From Lama glama (taxonomy: Eukaryota): DNA of 64,000 nucleotides. The notes beneath the pieces were generated by a model. That model was given only the letters and a program-made list of their open reading frames with translations, did no database searches and was not told the DNA's origin. The translations under genes and the position numbers were made by a program. Of the stretch, positions 26,288 to 38,532 are shown piece by piece (positions within the stretch are counted from its first letter, which is position 1; each line of letters starts with the position of its first letter). The stretch spans positions 42,534,001 through 42,598,000 of the forward strand of contig CM052816.1 of assembly GCA_028534125.1 (NCBI GenBank). Direction: 5' to 3'.

Positions 26288-26480
26288 ATAATCATAGTTA
26301 GCTTTACTGAGGATTCCTGTGTATTTGTATGTATTGTCTGATTTCTCCTCAGCACAATCGCATTATCCCCACTTCATAGGCGAGTAAACTGAGGCCTAGA
26401 GAAGATAAGACACTTGTCCATCACAAGGCTGGGAAGCCTAACTCCATATCTGTGTTCTTAACCACCTCGCCATACTGCCC
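26288..26480 (-). mobile_element. MIR SINE
   Basis: ATTATCCCCACTTCATAGGCGAGTAAACTGAGGCCTAGAGAAG...TTCTTAACCAC. Confidence 0.65.
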
Positions 26481-27929
26481 CTCACATGCTGGTACCTGTT
26501 TAGGTTTAGGGTAACCTTCACAGAGTGACCATTCCAGTAACACCACACAGGCTACACTGTGGATTCAAAGGAGACTAGAACATGGGTGTTGGGGTAATAA
26601 CTAATGGAATATTCTCTGAGTTAATTTTGTCCGAAATGAAGAGCTTGAAGGAAGGCCAAAATACTTTTTCTATTTCCTTTCTAATGTGTGCTGCCTTAAC
26701 TGTGGCTATATGACAGGGATTGGGGGCAATGCAGGTAGAGAGACGAAGCAGGGTTACAGTCTTGGAATCACATCATTTTCTCTGCATGTTAACAAGCTGT
26801 CTCAGTAACAGACTCCAGCTCTGGGGGTATGCGGTGTAAATTAGACGTAAGAAGACTCTGGTTGGGTTCTTAGCACCCAGTTCCTACAGATTTTCTGAAG
26901 GAATAATGGAGGAGGAAAGGAAGCAGGCCTCAGTTAAGCATTACTATTAAAAACACAGAGTGGTCAGTGCCAGCCGTGATTCTGGTTGGGTTTTGACAAG
27001 CCACAGGGATGAATGAGGTTCCTGGTGTCATAATTCTGTCAGCAGCCCTCCTTCCCCCATTGGACATTTGACACTGGACTTGTCTTTTAACCCAGCTTCT
27101 TTCCTCACCTGTCGAGTGAAAATATGCCTTCTTACTAAGGTAGGGAAGAGGCTCAATTATTGTTTGTAAAGCACTAGGCAGTTCTGAAAAACAGCAATCT
27201 GCTAAAGGTAGTGGGGAAGAGTTTGTTGGAGCATTCCTTTTCTAGGTGAGAATGAGCCCGATTTGATTGATTGCAAAGGGATCAAAGGTTGAGTGAGGCT
27301 TGAGGTTTCAAGGTGGAGTGTTTGGGGTTTGTTTTATTGAATGCTAGACCTACACGTACCTGCCCCACTGGTTTCACCTTCCTGAGGTTGGGGCGGGAGG
27401 CTGGCAATGGTAGTAATGCCAGCTCTGATGTTTCATGATTGCTTAATGTTCAAGTGGGGGTTAGGTGAGTCTGCTGTGTGACGGTGATGTGTCATTTACA
27501 ACTCCTGCCTGTTTAGTTCAACAGGGCGGCCAGGCTGGTTTGACTTACTGTGATTAGATACTTGGTACAATCTGGGCATCTGTAGATGGATGATACGAAT
27601 TTATCTGGTCTATGAAATAGAGGAGAATGCTTCCTAAAGATGAGCCCACATAATCAGCTGCCACGTTTGACTTCTAAAGCTGGGGCTTCTAAGAAATGGC
27701 TGACTGCCTTTCTGTACTTCACAGATTCCAGTGGGCTTACAGAACTCTGCTGGGGTAGACAGGCAGTAGGATCTACCTTGCTGGTCTCATCTCCTGCTAC
27801 TCCCGCTGCACCCCAGTCATACAGGCCTGCCTCCCATTTCTCCAGTCGCCCCTGCTCCTCCCATCCCAAGGCCTTACTTAGTACGTGTGGTCCCTTCTGC
27901 ACCACCATTTCCACCCACCACCCCTTCCT

Positions 27930-28222
27930 ACTTAGCTAAGTCCTCCTCACCCTTAAGATCCCCTCTTAAACATCACTTACTCCAGGAAGCATACTCTAAC
28001 CTTTCAGACTAACTCGGGTCACGCGGGTGTATGTTCTTTTTCGTATTATACTTCTCCTTTGTGGCATTTATCACAATTATAATTAAATACTAATCATATT
28101 ATTTATTAAGTAAGTTCCCTGAGAGTAGAGACTGCCTACTATTTGTTCACTAGTGTGTCCAGTGTCAAGCCTCGTGCCTGGCATATAGAAGGGGCTCAAT
28201 AATTCACTGAAAGAATGAATGA
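27930..28222 (+). mobile_element. L2 LINE 3' end
   Basis: AAACATCACTTACTCCAGGAAGC...GTGCCTGGCATATAGAAGGGGCTCAATAA...GAATGAATGA terminus. Confidence 0.75.
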
Positions 28223-29658
28223 GGCAGGCTATTCACATATGTCATTTAAAATTCAGGTGGCCAGAGGGCTTAGATTACTACAGGGGTCTGCTATATCACT
28301 CAGGTTTGTGTGCCTTGCCACTTGATCTTCCCAAAGTCATGATGTAGGAATGAATTACTAATGGCAGACTGACTTTACTTTGGGAATCCCTTTGCCATGA
28401 TTAACTAACTGGACATCTTCAAAGGGTGCATCTCTTTCCAACACTGGCATTCATACCTCTAGTATCTCTGGAATCTGGTCATCTAAACGGTTGACAATGG
28501 TTTGGACTATAAAATGGAATGGCTTAAAAAGTTACTTTTATTGTTTCTCATAACTGACAGGTTCTGGTTTCATTTCCTAATATATTTTTTCAAAAGCCTT
28601 TCTCCCACTTCTCAGGGACATGGTAGACGACAGCAGTCTAATCACCTCTAGCCTGATGTTTCTTTAAATTTGACATGTGCTTTTATTGACTTTTTTTTTT
28701 TACACCTAGAGCTTCCATAACCTTCCAGACAGTAGATATTTGAGGATAAACACAGGACTTTGGGACCCCTATAACGATGGAGCTAGCAGAGCCCATCAAC
28801 AGCATCCAGAACAACCAACCGTCTTCACATCATATATGAAATGAAGATGTTCAAATGGCAGCCACCAGAGCAGGACGAGACCCAGAAGCTAACACTCTTC
28901 TAACTAGGGTGGAGCTCAGAGCAGTCTGGCACCGCTCCTGGAAAATAATAGGACAGGGAGGCAGAGGAAGGGGCCAAACGAGAGATGCCGCACCCCCAGC
29001 GGTTCGGGGCAGTCAGGCTGCAGCGCGCGGGCGAGTTTATAAAGCCTCTGGCCTCAGCGTCCCATCCATATGCGGGGTAGCACCTGCCTCACAGGGTTGT
29101 TGTCATAATGTTTATGCAGAGTGGTGCATGGCACCCAGGAAGTTTTCTCTGCGTATTTTTTGGTTTATTTTCTAATTACTTCTTTCCATCTTTTATTTCA
29201 ACTTGGAGAGTTTTGCAGCAATATACCTGACAAACAAGCAGCCAGCCCCAACTGAACACCCTATTGGGTTCATCTCAATTTTTGCATAAATTGGTTGAGT
29301 CCCTCTGGTAGGTAAACACAACCCAGAACATTTCAAAGTCTCGGCTCCTGATAGCTCTGTGAAATACATTTTCTCTGTGAACTTTTCCAAGTACCACATT
29401 AGCTTCTCCTAACATCACGACCACCAGTGACTTAGATAGAGTGCTGGTGCACTTGTTCCAAATAAGTCACCAGAGGGCCTTGAAACGGTTCATTCTGGTA
29501 CAATGCTTTGGGGAAAAGTCTCCTGTGAAAATGACTCCGTCTCACGCCTGTAAGCTTTGTCTTCTCCTCCCAAGGAACAGAGTTCATTTAAGTCAGCCTT
29601 GTCAAAGGGGTGCCAAGAGGGTCTCCAGGGCTCTCGTGGCCACCTGAGCTGTAGACGC

Positions 29659-29689
29659 TGCAGCTGAGAGCAGCTGTGAGGGGGCACTG
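29659..29689 (+). promoter_or_regulatory. Candidate CTCF site (degenerate core plus upstream TGCAG module)
   Basis: TGCAG at 29659, core CTGTGAGGGGGCACTG at 29674-29689. Confidence 0.4.
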
Positions 29690-30900
29690 GGGACTGTTGG
29701 CAAAGCACCTCCCACTACCCCCATGTTCCCTTCCCTCTCCGCCCTGTTGACAAGCCTTTATTGCTGCGGTAGCCAATTATCACCACCCCACCTGCTCTTC
29801 CCTCCTCTTAACTCACTGTTCTCTCCTGAATGACCTACTGCACTCCTCCCTTCTATCAACCTGCCTCACGTCTTATCATTTCTCCTCTGGTCTTTGGTTA
29901 AAGATGTCTTGCTTATAGATAGTGAGAAGGCCAGTTCAGAACCAGGGACCTACAAGCAAGACATGCAGAGTCCGGGAAGTAAAGCTGAAAATGTTTGTGG
30001 TGTAGAGAGCAAAGAATGGAACCTGGAGTCCTACACCCTGGGTGGAGTCCTGGTTCTGAGATTTACCAGCCTGTGACCCAGGGCAACCTGCCCAGACTTA
30101 ATTGCCCTTCCACCACCCCTGATAAATTAGGATAATATTTATGGACAATGGCTATGTAAGGATGAAACAGAGACTGTTGCATCCAACTCAAGGGACTGGA
30201 TGGGGCAATTTCACACCTGCCCCTGCAAACCCACTTTGGTGGCTGTTTATCCCCAGAGATGAACTCTCTGGCAGTTCTCATAATTCCTACAGCTACTCTT
30301 AGATGATGAATCCTGTGGTCACTTTTAGCATAGGTTTCATTTCAGTAACTAATAAGGCCAAAACTCTGAAATGCATTTAAAATTAAAGCTTCTGCCCTCT
30401 TCCAGCCTAAGTCTGTTTTAGGCTGGAAGTCAAGTCCCTCCCACCTCTCGGTATCCCCTAGGGTTGCAGGAACAGAGAGCAGGGAGACGTCAGGGGAAGG
30501 AGAGGGCCTACTTGACAGCGCCTCTGAAATCTGGCCTTGGCTTTCGCTGGACATCGTCAGAGCCCGTTCCAGGTGCCTCAGAAAGTGCACTGCCGAGCTC
30601 TCCGGCCTCTCAGGGTGTTAGCAGACCATCTCCTTTGGCCAGCCCTCTAACTGCACACCCCACACCTCGTCAGGCAGGGAGCCAGCAACTTAGAACCACA
30701 CCAATATGCCAACTAGAGGTATTATATCTGGTTTCTCTTCACCCTCCCACCCCAGCCACGAACAAAAATATGCACTTTTGGCTGGCTACCCAGAGACTTC
30801 CAAATACATCGTCCACTCTGGGGTTTTTTTCAGATATGAATCAGATACCAGCCCCTTCTAAGCTGCATTCCCTAAGCTTGTGGAGTCACAAATTAAATTT

Positions 30901-31745
30901 TCTTTTCTCTCTCTTTTTTTTTTTTTTTTGGCTTTCTTGAAGTACTAGTTACATGTAAAAAGTTGTAAATATTTAATATATATAACTCAATGAGTCTGAG
31001 GATAAGTGTACACACATGACACCATCAAGGCCACAAACATATCCATCACTTCCCAAAGTTTCCTCTTGCCCCCTTTAGTATTTGTGTGTATGTATGCACA
31101 TGTGATAACATAAGATCTATCCTTTAAGCAAATTTTAAATATACAGTATACTGTTGTTACTAGAGGCACTTTGCTATACGGTAGACCTCCAGAACTTATT
31201 TATCTTGCATAACTAACACTTTGTTCCCTATAACCATCATCTCCCCATTCCTCCTGCAACTCCAGCCCCTGGTAATCACCATTCTACTCTGCTTCTGTCA
31301 GTTTGACTATTTTAGATTCCACACATAAGTGAGAAAACACAGTATCTGTCTTTTTCTGTCTGGCTTATTTCATTTCACACAGAGTCCTGCTGGTCTACTC
31401 ATGTTCTCACAAATGGAAAGATTTCCCTTTTTAAGGCTGAATAATATTCCATGATATGTATACATCACATTTTCTTTATCCATTCATTCATCTCTGAACA
31501 TTTAAGTGGTTTCTGTATCTCAGCTACTGTGACTAGTGTTGCAATGAACAAGGGAGTGCAGGTATCTCTCTGAGAACTAAATTTCAGTTCCTTTGGATAA
31601 ACATCCAGAAGTGGGATTGCTGGATCATATGATAGTTCTACTTTTAATTTTTTAGGAATTCCTGTACTGTTTTCCAGGGCAGCTGCACCAGTTTACATTC
31701 CTACCCACAGTGCCCCAGGTTCCCTTTTCTCTACATCCTTACAAT
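30901..31745 (-). mobile_element. L1 (L1MA/L1MB-type) 3' fragment with poly(T) tail
   Basis: T-run, then AACATATCCATCACTTCCCAAAGTTTCCTC, CCAGCCCCTGGTAATCACCATTCTACTCTG, TTTTAAGGCTGAATAATATTCCAT, AGAAGTGGGATTGCTGGATCATATG. Confidence 0.88.
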
Positions 31746-32682
31746 ATCTAAATGGTTCTCAACTGATCCTCCCTTTAAAGCCTTTATAGCCTGAGGTGGG
31801 ATTTCCCACCAAGATCAAGCTAGAGAGTCACGTGCTATCAGCACTAGGACAAGAATACAAATCTGGTCCCCCTCCTGCTCCCCACTTACTGTCAGTGTGC
31901 CTCCAGAGCTGGCCCTCCCGGACTTGGCGCTGATCCCCAAGATTTACCTGGTGATGAAGGGGACCCAGCAAGGTCTCCTCACAGTCCACTCACGTCCTGC
32001 CTCCTTGAAAGTTAGTATTCCTCTAAGAGTATTAAACCCCTTTTTACAGGAGGTAAAATATCCATTCTTCTGGCTGTGCTCTGGACCAGGTATTCCTCAT
32101 TGCCTGGGCTCCTTCATCCAAGTGAACACCTCAGTCTGTTCTGAAAATGCCTTCTTCGCTGCTAACACCACCTTTGAGTTTAGGCATCACGGAAGCCCTC
32201 CCAGTAACCATCCCTCCTGAGCTCTGCCTGAGACAGGGTGCGCTCCATCAGAGCCACACAAACTTTCCACCTGGGAGTGGGAACAGACTCTTAAAGGACA
32301 CTCCTAAGTAAATCAGTTTCCCCAGATTAGCTCTCTAACTCACTGATCGTGTTATGGTCATTCAATAAACAAAGTTTGTCCCTTGTCTTTCCTTTTGTTT
32401 AAAAAAAAAGTCATTTCTACTCTTGCAAAAATTTCAGATAGTACAAAGTAAATAAATAAAAGTAGAAAACTCTGTTCTCTCTCACCTCCAGGGAGAGCCA
32501 CTAAGGGTAAATATTCATGCATGTTCTTTTCTCTTGTTCAAATAGAATATCAAACTGTAGGTCTGTAACTTAATTTTTTACTTAACAACATTGCTTGAAC
32601 ACCGTTTCATGTTAGTCCATGTTGATTTGTTTCATTCTTTTTAATAGCTGCATGGTATTGCACAATTTATGTCATAATTTTA

Positions 32683-32820
32683 TTTTATTTTAATTTTTTT
32701 CTTGAGGGGCAATTAGGTTTATTTTATTTGTTTTGTTTGTTTAACGGTACTGGGGATAGAACCCAGGACTTCGTGCATGCTAAGCACATACTCTACCACT
32801 GAGCTATACCCTCCTCCTCC
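32683..32820 (-). mobile_element. tRNA-derived camelid-type SINE
   Basis: Reverse complement reads GGGTATAGCTCAGTGGTAGAG...GTCCTGGGTTCTATCCCCAGTACC...AAACCTAATTGCCCC + A tail. A and B boxes present. Probable TSD CATAATTTTA (32673) / CACAATTTTA (32821). Confidence 0.85.
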
Positions 32821-33379
32821 CACAATTTTATAATTTAATCACTCCTGACTGAGATTCAGATTATTCCTAATAGTGAAAAACTGAAATCATCACTAACACC
32901 AGCCAGATAAATTCTGTTTTTCAACTGAATGGCTTAACATTTTAATCACTATCCTTGCTGACAATCTCTACATAGCTTGTCTTCCTCACTAAATCCTCTT
33001 AAAGCACGAGAAAACCAGAAAATATAAAAACTGTTTACAGGATGTTCAGGAATCATTTACAAAAGGAAAAACTGTTTATTTTGTGTATCAATTTCTAAAA
33101 GTGATCCAGCATATTTTGTTTCTTGAATTCTGCAAACTTTGATGCTATGAATGAGGAGAGAAGAAAAAGTGCTGATTTCCCTATCGACAATTTTGGTCTA
33201 TTACATCATGTTATATATTATATTGTATGTTTATTTTATACGATTATATGTTTAGGATTTACAATGGTTCCATTCTGTTCTCTAACTATAATTTTGCATT
33301 TGGTTTAGTTCTATATTTAAATGGATTCAAGGCTCTACCTTGGTCCTTTGACACAAAGCCTTCCCTTGTCCTCAGACTT

Positions 33380-34200
33380 AATTTTGATTCATCTTGTGAT
33401 TACATTTAGTTGTCCACTTTTTTCTCTACTTGAATATCTCTGTTGTGAAATCTGAGGTCAGCCTGCTCTTTCCCCCTTTACAGGAAATTTGCTTTTTCTG
33501 CCTAGATGTTCAGGAATTTACACTGTCCTTAAATTTCAGTAACTTGACTTACTGTGTCTTTGTGTTGATTATTCTGTTCTTAGTTTTTTCCCCTGAAATA
33601 CCTTAATCTGCAGAGTCGGATCATACTTTGTATCAGTGGAGTTTTCTTTAAATTTTATTTTTGACATTTTTATTTCCAGCTGCATTTGTTCTGTTCTTTA
33701 CTACAAGGACACCATTATCCTATATGCTGACTGGCTGTTGGCTGTCTTTAATAGCTGTCATCTTCTTTCTACTTAATTTCATTTGTTTGGAGTTTTTTTA
33801 TCTTGTAAATGCTATTTTATTCTCTCTAGTCTGACCTCTTCATCACAGAATATGTTTTCAACAGCATCTGTTCTAACTTGATTTTCATTTCAAGGATGGT
33901 TTATTATCTTCAGTTTCTTTCATAATTCTCAGTTTACTGTATCTTCTTTTGCCTTTTCTTCTTTGATCTCATATTTCATTTTTAAATTAGTTCAAAAAGG
34001 TTTTTTTTTAATTTTCTTTGGGAGTGGAAATAAATAAGCATCTGAGATTCTTTAGTTTGCTGGAATAATTCTTAATAGAATTAGTCTTCATCTGCCTTTT
34101 GAATGTTGAGTTTCTTTCCCCCTTCTTTTGTTTTTATTTGCTTTTGATTTTATCAGCATCCCTAAGTCTACATGAAAACATGGACTCTGCTCTGTAGGCA
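33380..34200 (-). mobile_element. Ancient L1M fragment
   Basis: T-rich; TGTGAAATCTGAGGTCAGCCTG...TTTGCTTTTTCTGCCTAGATG resembles antisense old L1. Confidence 0.4.
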
Positions 34201-35319
34201 ATGCAGTTGTCTCCTGACCTGGAGAGGAGAGTAATTGTGGAGAGGAGTTAGTGAGTAAAGCCAGACAGCTGTGGGCTTCAAACTGGGTCTGATTCCTCAA
34301 AGTAGTTTTTAGCCATATTTGTCATGTTCTGTAACGTCTTGAGTGAGTGGACTCCCCAAGCAAGATGTCAGTGAGGATTATGGAGGATACTCCAGCTCTC
34401 AAATCTTTCATTTGGTTATTTATGTTTATTCGTAGCTCCTTGTTTGAATCTGATCAACCATTGCAAAGCACGTTGCCATTACTACTTTTTCATCCTCTCT
34501 GCCTCGCCTCCTCAAGTGGAATTCTGTTTGGGGGAAAATAAACATGTCTTGCCCAATAACTTCCTTCCATCTGTCTGACCATCCTCTCTTCTCTACAATG
34601 TAGAACGAGCTCCCCAGAGGGTGCATTTCTCTTGTGTCCCATCCACACCTTCAGTCCTTGCTCTGAGTGAAAGAGCAGCACCTGTGCCCCTTATAATAGC
34701 GCTTACTTTGACAGAAATCTCAGTCCTAAGTGGAACCTGGAAGGTGCGTGTCAGCTCTCTAGAGCCTCCCTTGACTCCATCCTGATTCACCAGATTTGGC
34801 AGATAATGTGATTTTCTAGTTTCATTGTAGATGGACTTTTTCTATTAAAATTTCATCCTTTTAAATTTCACCCCTTCTGTAGGTTTCATGGAAGGGGGTA
34901 AAAACATATAACTTTACATTACCATCCTATTGCTAGAATATTTTTTTTCAAATTCTCTAGTTAATAGGCTCCCTGGATTATGAGTATTTTGCTTCACTTA
35001 ATTTCAACTGAAACATTTTTTTTTGCATAGATATTAGATGCAGAACAGTATGTAAGAAGCTACGTAAGATTTAAAAATGAGTAAGACTCCAGACCCACTT
35101 TCAAAGAACATGTAGTATAACGGGGGTAAGGCGAGCAATCTATAAGCAACAAGCGTAAGATAACATTAAATGGGGTCAGGGAATGATCACCATTATTATG
35201 ATGGTGATGATAAAGAACAGTGCTACTGAGAGCGTGATCATATTCAGTTGAAGGGATGATAAAAGTTAAAAGGAAAGAGAAGAAATGATGGGCAACATTC
35301 ATCCGAAATAACCTGAGGT

Positions 35320-35530
35320 AGGGCAGTGTGATGGCAAGACAATGGGCTCGCTTCTCAGATTCTATGATTACTTTACGCCCTCAGTGAAACCACTCCTCTC
35401 TGACCATCAGTTTTGTCTTCAGTAAAACACTTAATACTTCCAATCTGTTTTAAGAATCAAGTGGAATAATTCATGTCAAGGTCACTACACAATGCCTGTC
35501 TCATAGTAGGTGTTTCATAAATGTTTATTT
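35320..35530 (+). mobile_element. MIR SINE
   Basis: CTCTCTGACCATCAGTTTTGTCTTCAGTAAAA...ACAATGCCTGTCTCATAGTAGGTGTTTCATAAATGTTT. Confidence 0.55.
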
Positions 35531-37389
35531 TCTTTCAGAATTAACTCTGTTTACCATGATTCATCCCTTAATTGCCACAGCTGTCATGGTAACTGTTTAA
35601 CACAGAGGAGGATATTTTTTAAAAAGATGAGTGTTCTTATTACATGTTATATAATTGTATAACTCAACTCTATCATTGCTCTATTAACCTCATCTCTAAA
35701 AAATCAAATGAGACCATTGTGAAAGTGCTCCACAAACTGTCAAATAATAACCGGTGTAAGGAAATGGTATTAACATAACGTACATCTTATCTTATATTCT
35801 GTCTTTTAAAAAGAAATCTCAGCCCTTCCTTTGGATGGGAGCTGCCTGTAACAGATGTGAAGTGGGTTACCCTGGTGCGTATCTAGACAATTTCTCTACT
35901 GACTCAAGGCCATCTCTCTGGGAATATTTAGCATCTGCTTGAGGCTGGTTTAGGACCTTATCAGTGTGTTCCACAGAGCTGCAATATTATACACATAAAA
36001 AGAAAATAGGTCAGAATCTCCTGTGGTTGTGATGCCTGGTTCCTCAGCTAAAGGTCATACTTAATCCTCCTGCTGCTCCCAGAACGCTGTGTGCAGTGGG
36101 TTTTTACATGTTCCAGGAAGGAAATGGCTTCTATAAAGAAAAGCAGAGAACAAAGATTTCTTAGGAGCAAAGGGCCTCCCCAATGTTTCACAATTTCTTT
36201 TGAAACACTGCAAAGATGAGTTCTAGGGAAACTTCATGGTGGTATTTTTCCTATAATTAAATTTCGAGACTACATCCTTGGATAGAACCATGACTTTGAC
36301 CATTATCTTTCGGTGAAAAGGAATGGAAAATGAGAGGATTCCACGGGCCAGTGTCACCACACACGAGTGCAGAAAACGGCATTAGCGTGGCTGGAGAGTT
36401 TCCGCTAAACCCAGTGACAACGGAGCTGGACTAAAGTGAGACTACACCACTTCTCAGAATCACGGAAACCACAGGAAGTCTGGAAATGCCACGGGCACGC
36501 TCAGACCGCATCAAACAAAGGGCACAGATAACAGCGAGACTAACCTGGAGAGCTTTGCCCCCTTAACATCCCCACTGCTCATGGGGAGCACCAGCTGCTC
36601 CCAGATCTCCACCTTCAGCCACCAAGTCCATCTCCCAGAGACACTGGCAGTTCCTCCATCACCCGGAGTTCTGTCCCCTAGCTCGACAACATGTTATTCA
36701 GAATCGCAGTTATTTTCAGAAGTAAATTTGCTGTTCTCTGAATATGATCTCATTTCCACATTTCCTAAACCTACCATACAACTTGAATTCCTTTTTTTCT
36801 ATTCATAGCAGTTCCCTCATCCAGTTTTGACTCAACCTTTATCAAAGCATGTGTCGCGCCCTCAGACATTTGGAAACACTGGGTGTGTGACTCAGGAACA
36901 AATAAGTAAGTAAACATGAGCACATGGGTGTCATCCCTTTGATTTACTATCCTTCAGTTTCTAAAAGTGATGCTTCTTTACCCAGGTTTTAGGTAATAAC
37001 ATGTACGAAACAAAACTATACATCTCTACATACATATATAATAGATATTTTACATACATACATACTTATATACATGCTTATATAAATTTTATATCCATAC
37101 ATAAGCATGTATGGATATAAAATTTGGCTAATGCCAGTATAATTTACTGCAAAAGTTGTACACATTAAAAGAAAAACACTGTAGCAACAAACCCTAAAAA
37201 ATGATGTCAACATTTAAAACTATATCACTGAAAGGTTACAGCATTCTTCTAAGATCTATTACATCATTTTGCTTCCTTGAGCACATATTCTGTACCAACA
37301 TTGCCTAATTGTGGACATCAGGACATTCTCTGCTTCCTTTAAGCCCCTAAAATAAAACAAGTTCCCCCAAACCAAAACGGTAGGTTTTG

Positions 37390-37418
37390 AACTGACTATA
37401 CTTCAATTAAAAAAAAAA
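37390..37418 (+). mobile_element. Ultra-short (29 bp) 5'-truncated L1 insertion
   Basis: AACTGACTATACTTCA (identical to 39861-39876 in the L1 3' end) + ATT + A10. TSD GTAGGTTTTG / GTAGATTTTG. Confidence 0.7.
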
Positions 37419-38103
37419 GTAGATTTTGTTTTGGTTTCTAATGGTACGGTATCTCAGTTCCTGCTGGGGGAGTGATTGCAAATGTGTTCACTGTGAAATT
37501 GGTATAAACACCTTGTTGGGCCCACACTCTGTGGCTGCCCCAGGCCTGGAGCTTGGGGAGGCAGTTGTACAAAACTCTGCCCAGCCTGCCCTTATCTCAG
37601 CACCTGAACCCAAACATTCCTTACCTTCTCCAGTTTCCACTCTCAAGTCATATCTTAATGTGGGCCTGAGCTTACTTTTGTCTCCCTGGTAGCCCACATT
37701 TATATTAGCCTGCTCAGCTTCCCTAAGGGCCCTGGAAAGCCCCACATAAAGTCAAGATGACTCTCAAAGTTTATTTGGGCAAGTACTCAAAAACCTTGAC
37801 CACCTGTTGTAGGGATATCTGGTCACCTGAGGAAAAGCACAACACAAGTACACACTGACTCTAGTTCCCAAATGAAGTTTACCTTTACTTCTCACCATTA
37901 AATAGAAGTATGCCAGGTGGAGAGGAGCTGTGAAAGTCAGGTTTTGTAATTAAGTCCACCAAGAAGATACAAGTAATGCTGTTCTTCTCAATCCATGTGG
38001 CTGTCCTTTGGGCCAGAAACAAAGAAGCCACTCTGGTAGTAGGGCTTACCCTGGGTCCAAAGACACCCAAGGAGTTCTTGGACGGAATTTCAGGGATGGA
38101 GAT

Positions 38104-38192
38104 TATATATATATACACACACACATATACATACATATATATGTGTATATATATACATATATATGTGTATATATATATATATATGTATATAT
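38104..38192. repeat. Alternating purine-pyrimidine (TA/CA/TG) microsatellite
   Basis: Read directly; ~89 bp of uninterrupted RY alternation. Confidence 0.95.
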
Positions 38193-38532
38193 TTGGATAG
38201 GGGAAAGACTCATTCAATTATATTCACCAACTTGTAACTGAAATTCAGCATTTCTTTCAACCTATGAAGATAGGTAACAAACCACAATAGTTACCTGTGA
38301 TTTTATCATCAACCATCCTTGTCAATACCTTAAAATATCATTAACATTCATCACTACTTGGAAGGTACAATACTTACTAAATCCACCAGTAGATCTTATT
38401 TAATGTATTAACTAAGAAGCATCTATGTTACTTTATCACTTACTTTTAAAATGTGTTTGAAAACACATTCTTCAATATAGTTTCCTTAATAACCTATGTG
38501 TCTTGTTTCATACTTTCAAGAACATCATTCTG

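Noticed and set aside
30464..30940. 158-aa ORF
   Set aside because: Non-ATG start, Ser/Pro-rich, ends in the poly(T) tail of an L1.
32760..32815. tRNA-like sequences here and at ~62590
   Set aside because: SINE heads with tails and TSDs; no complete cloverleaf.
37885..38241. ORFs with YI/HT repeats
   Set aside because: Translations of the TA/CA microsatellite.
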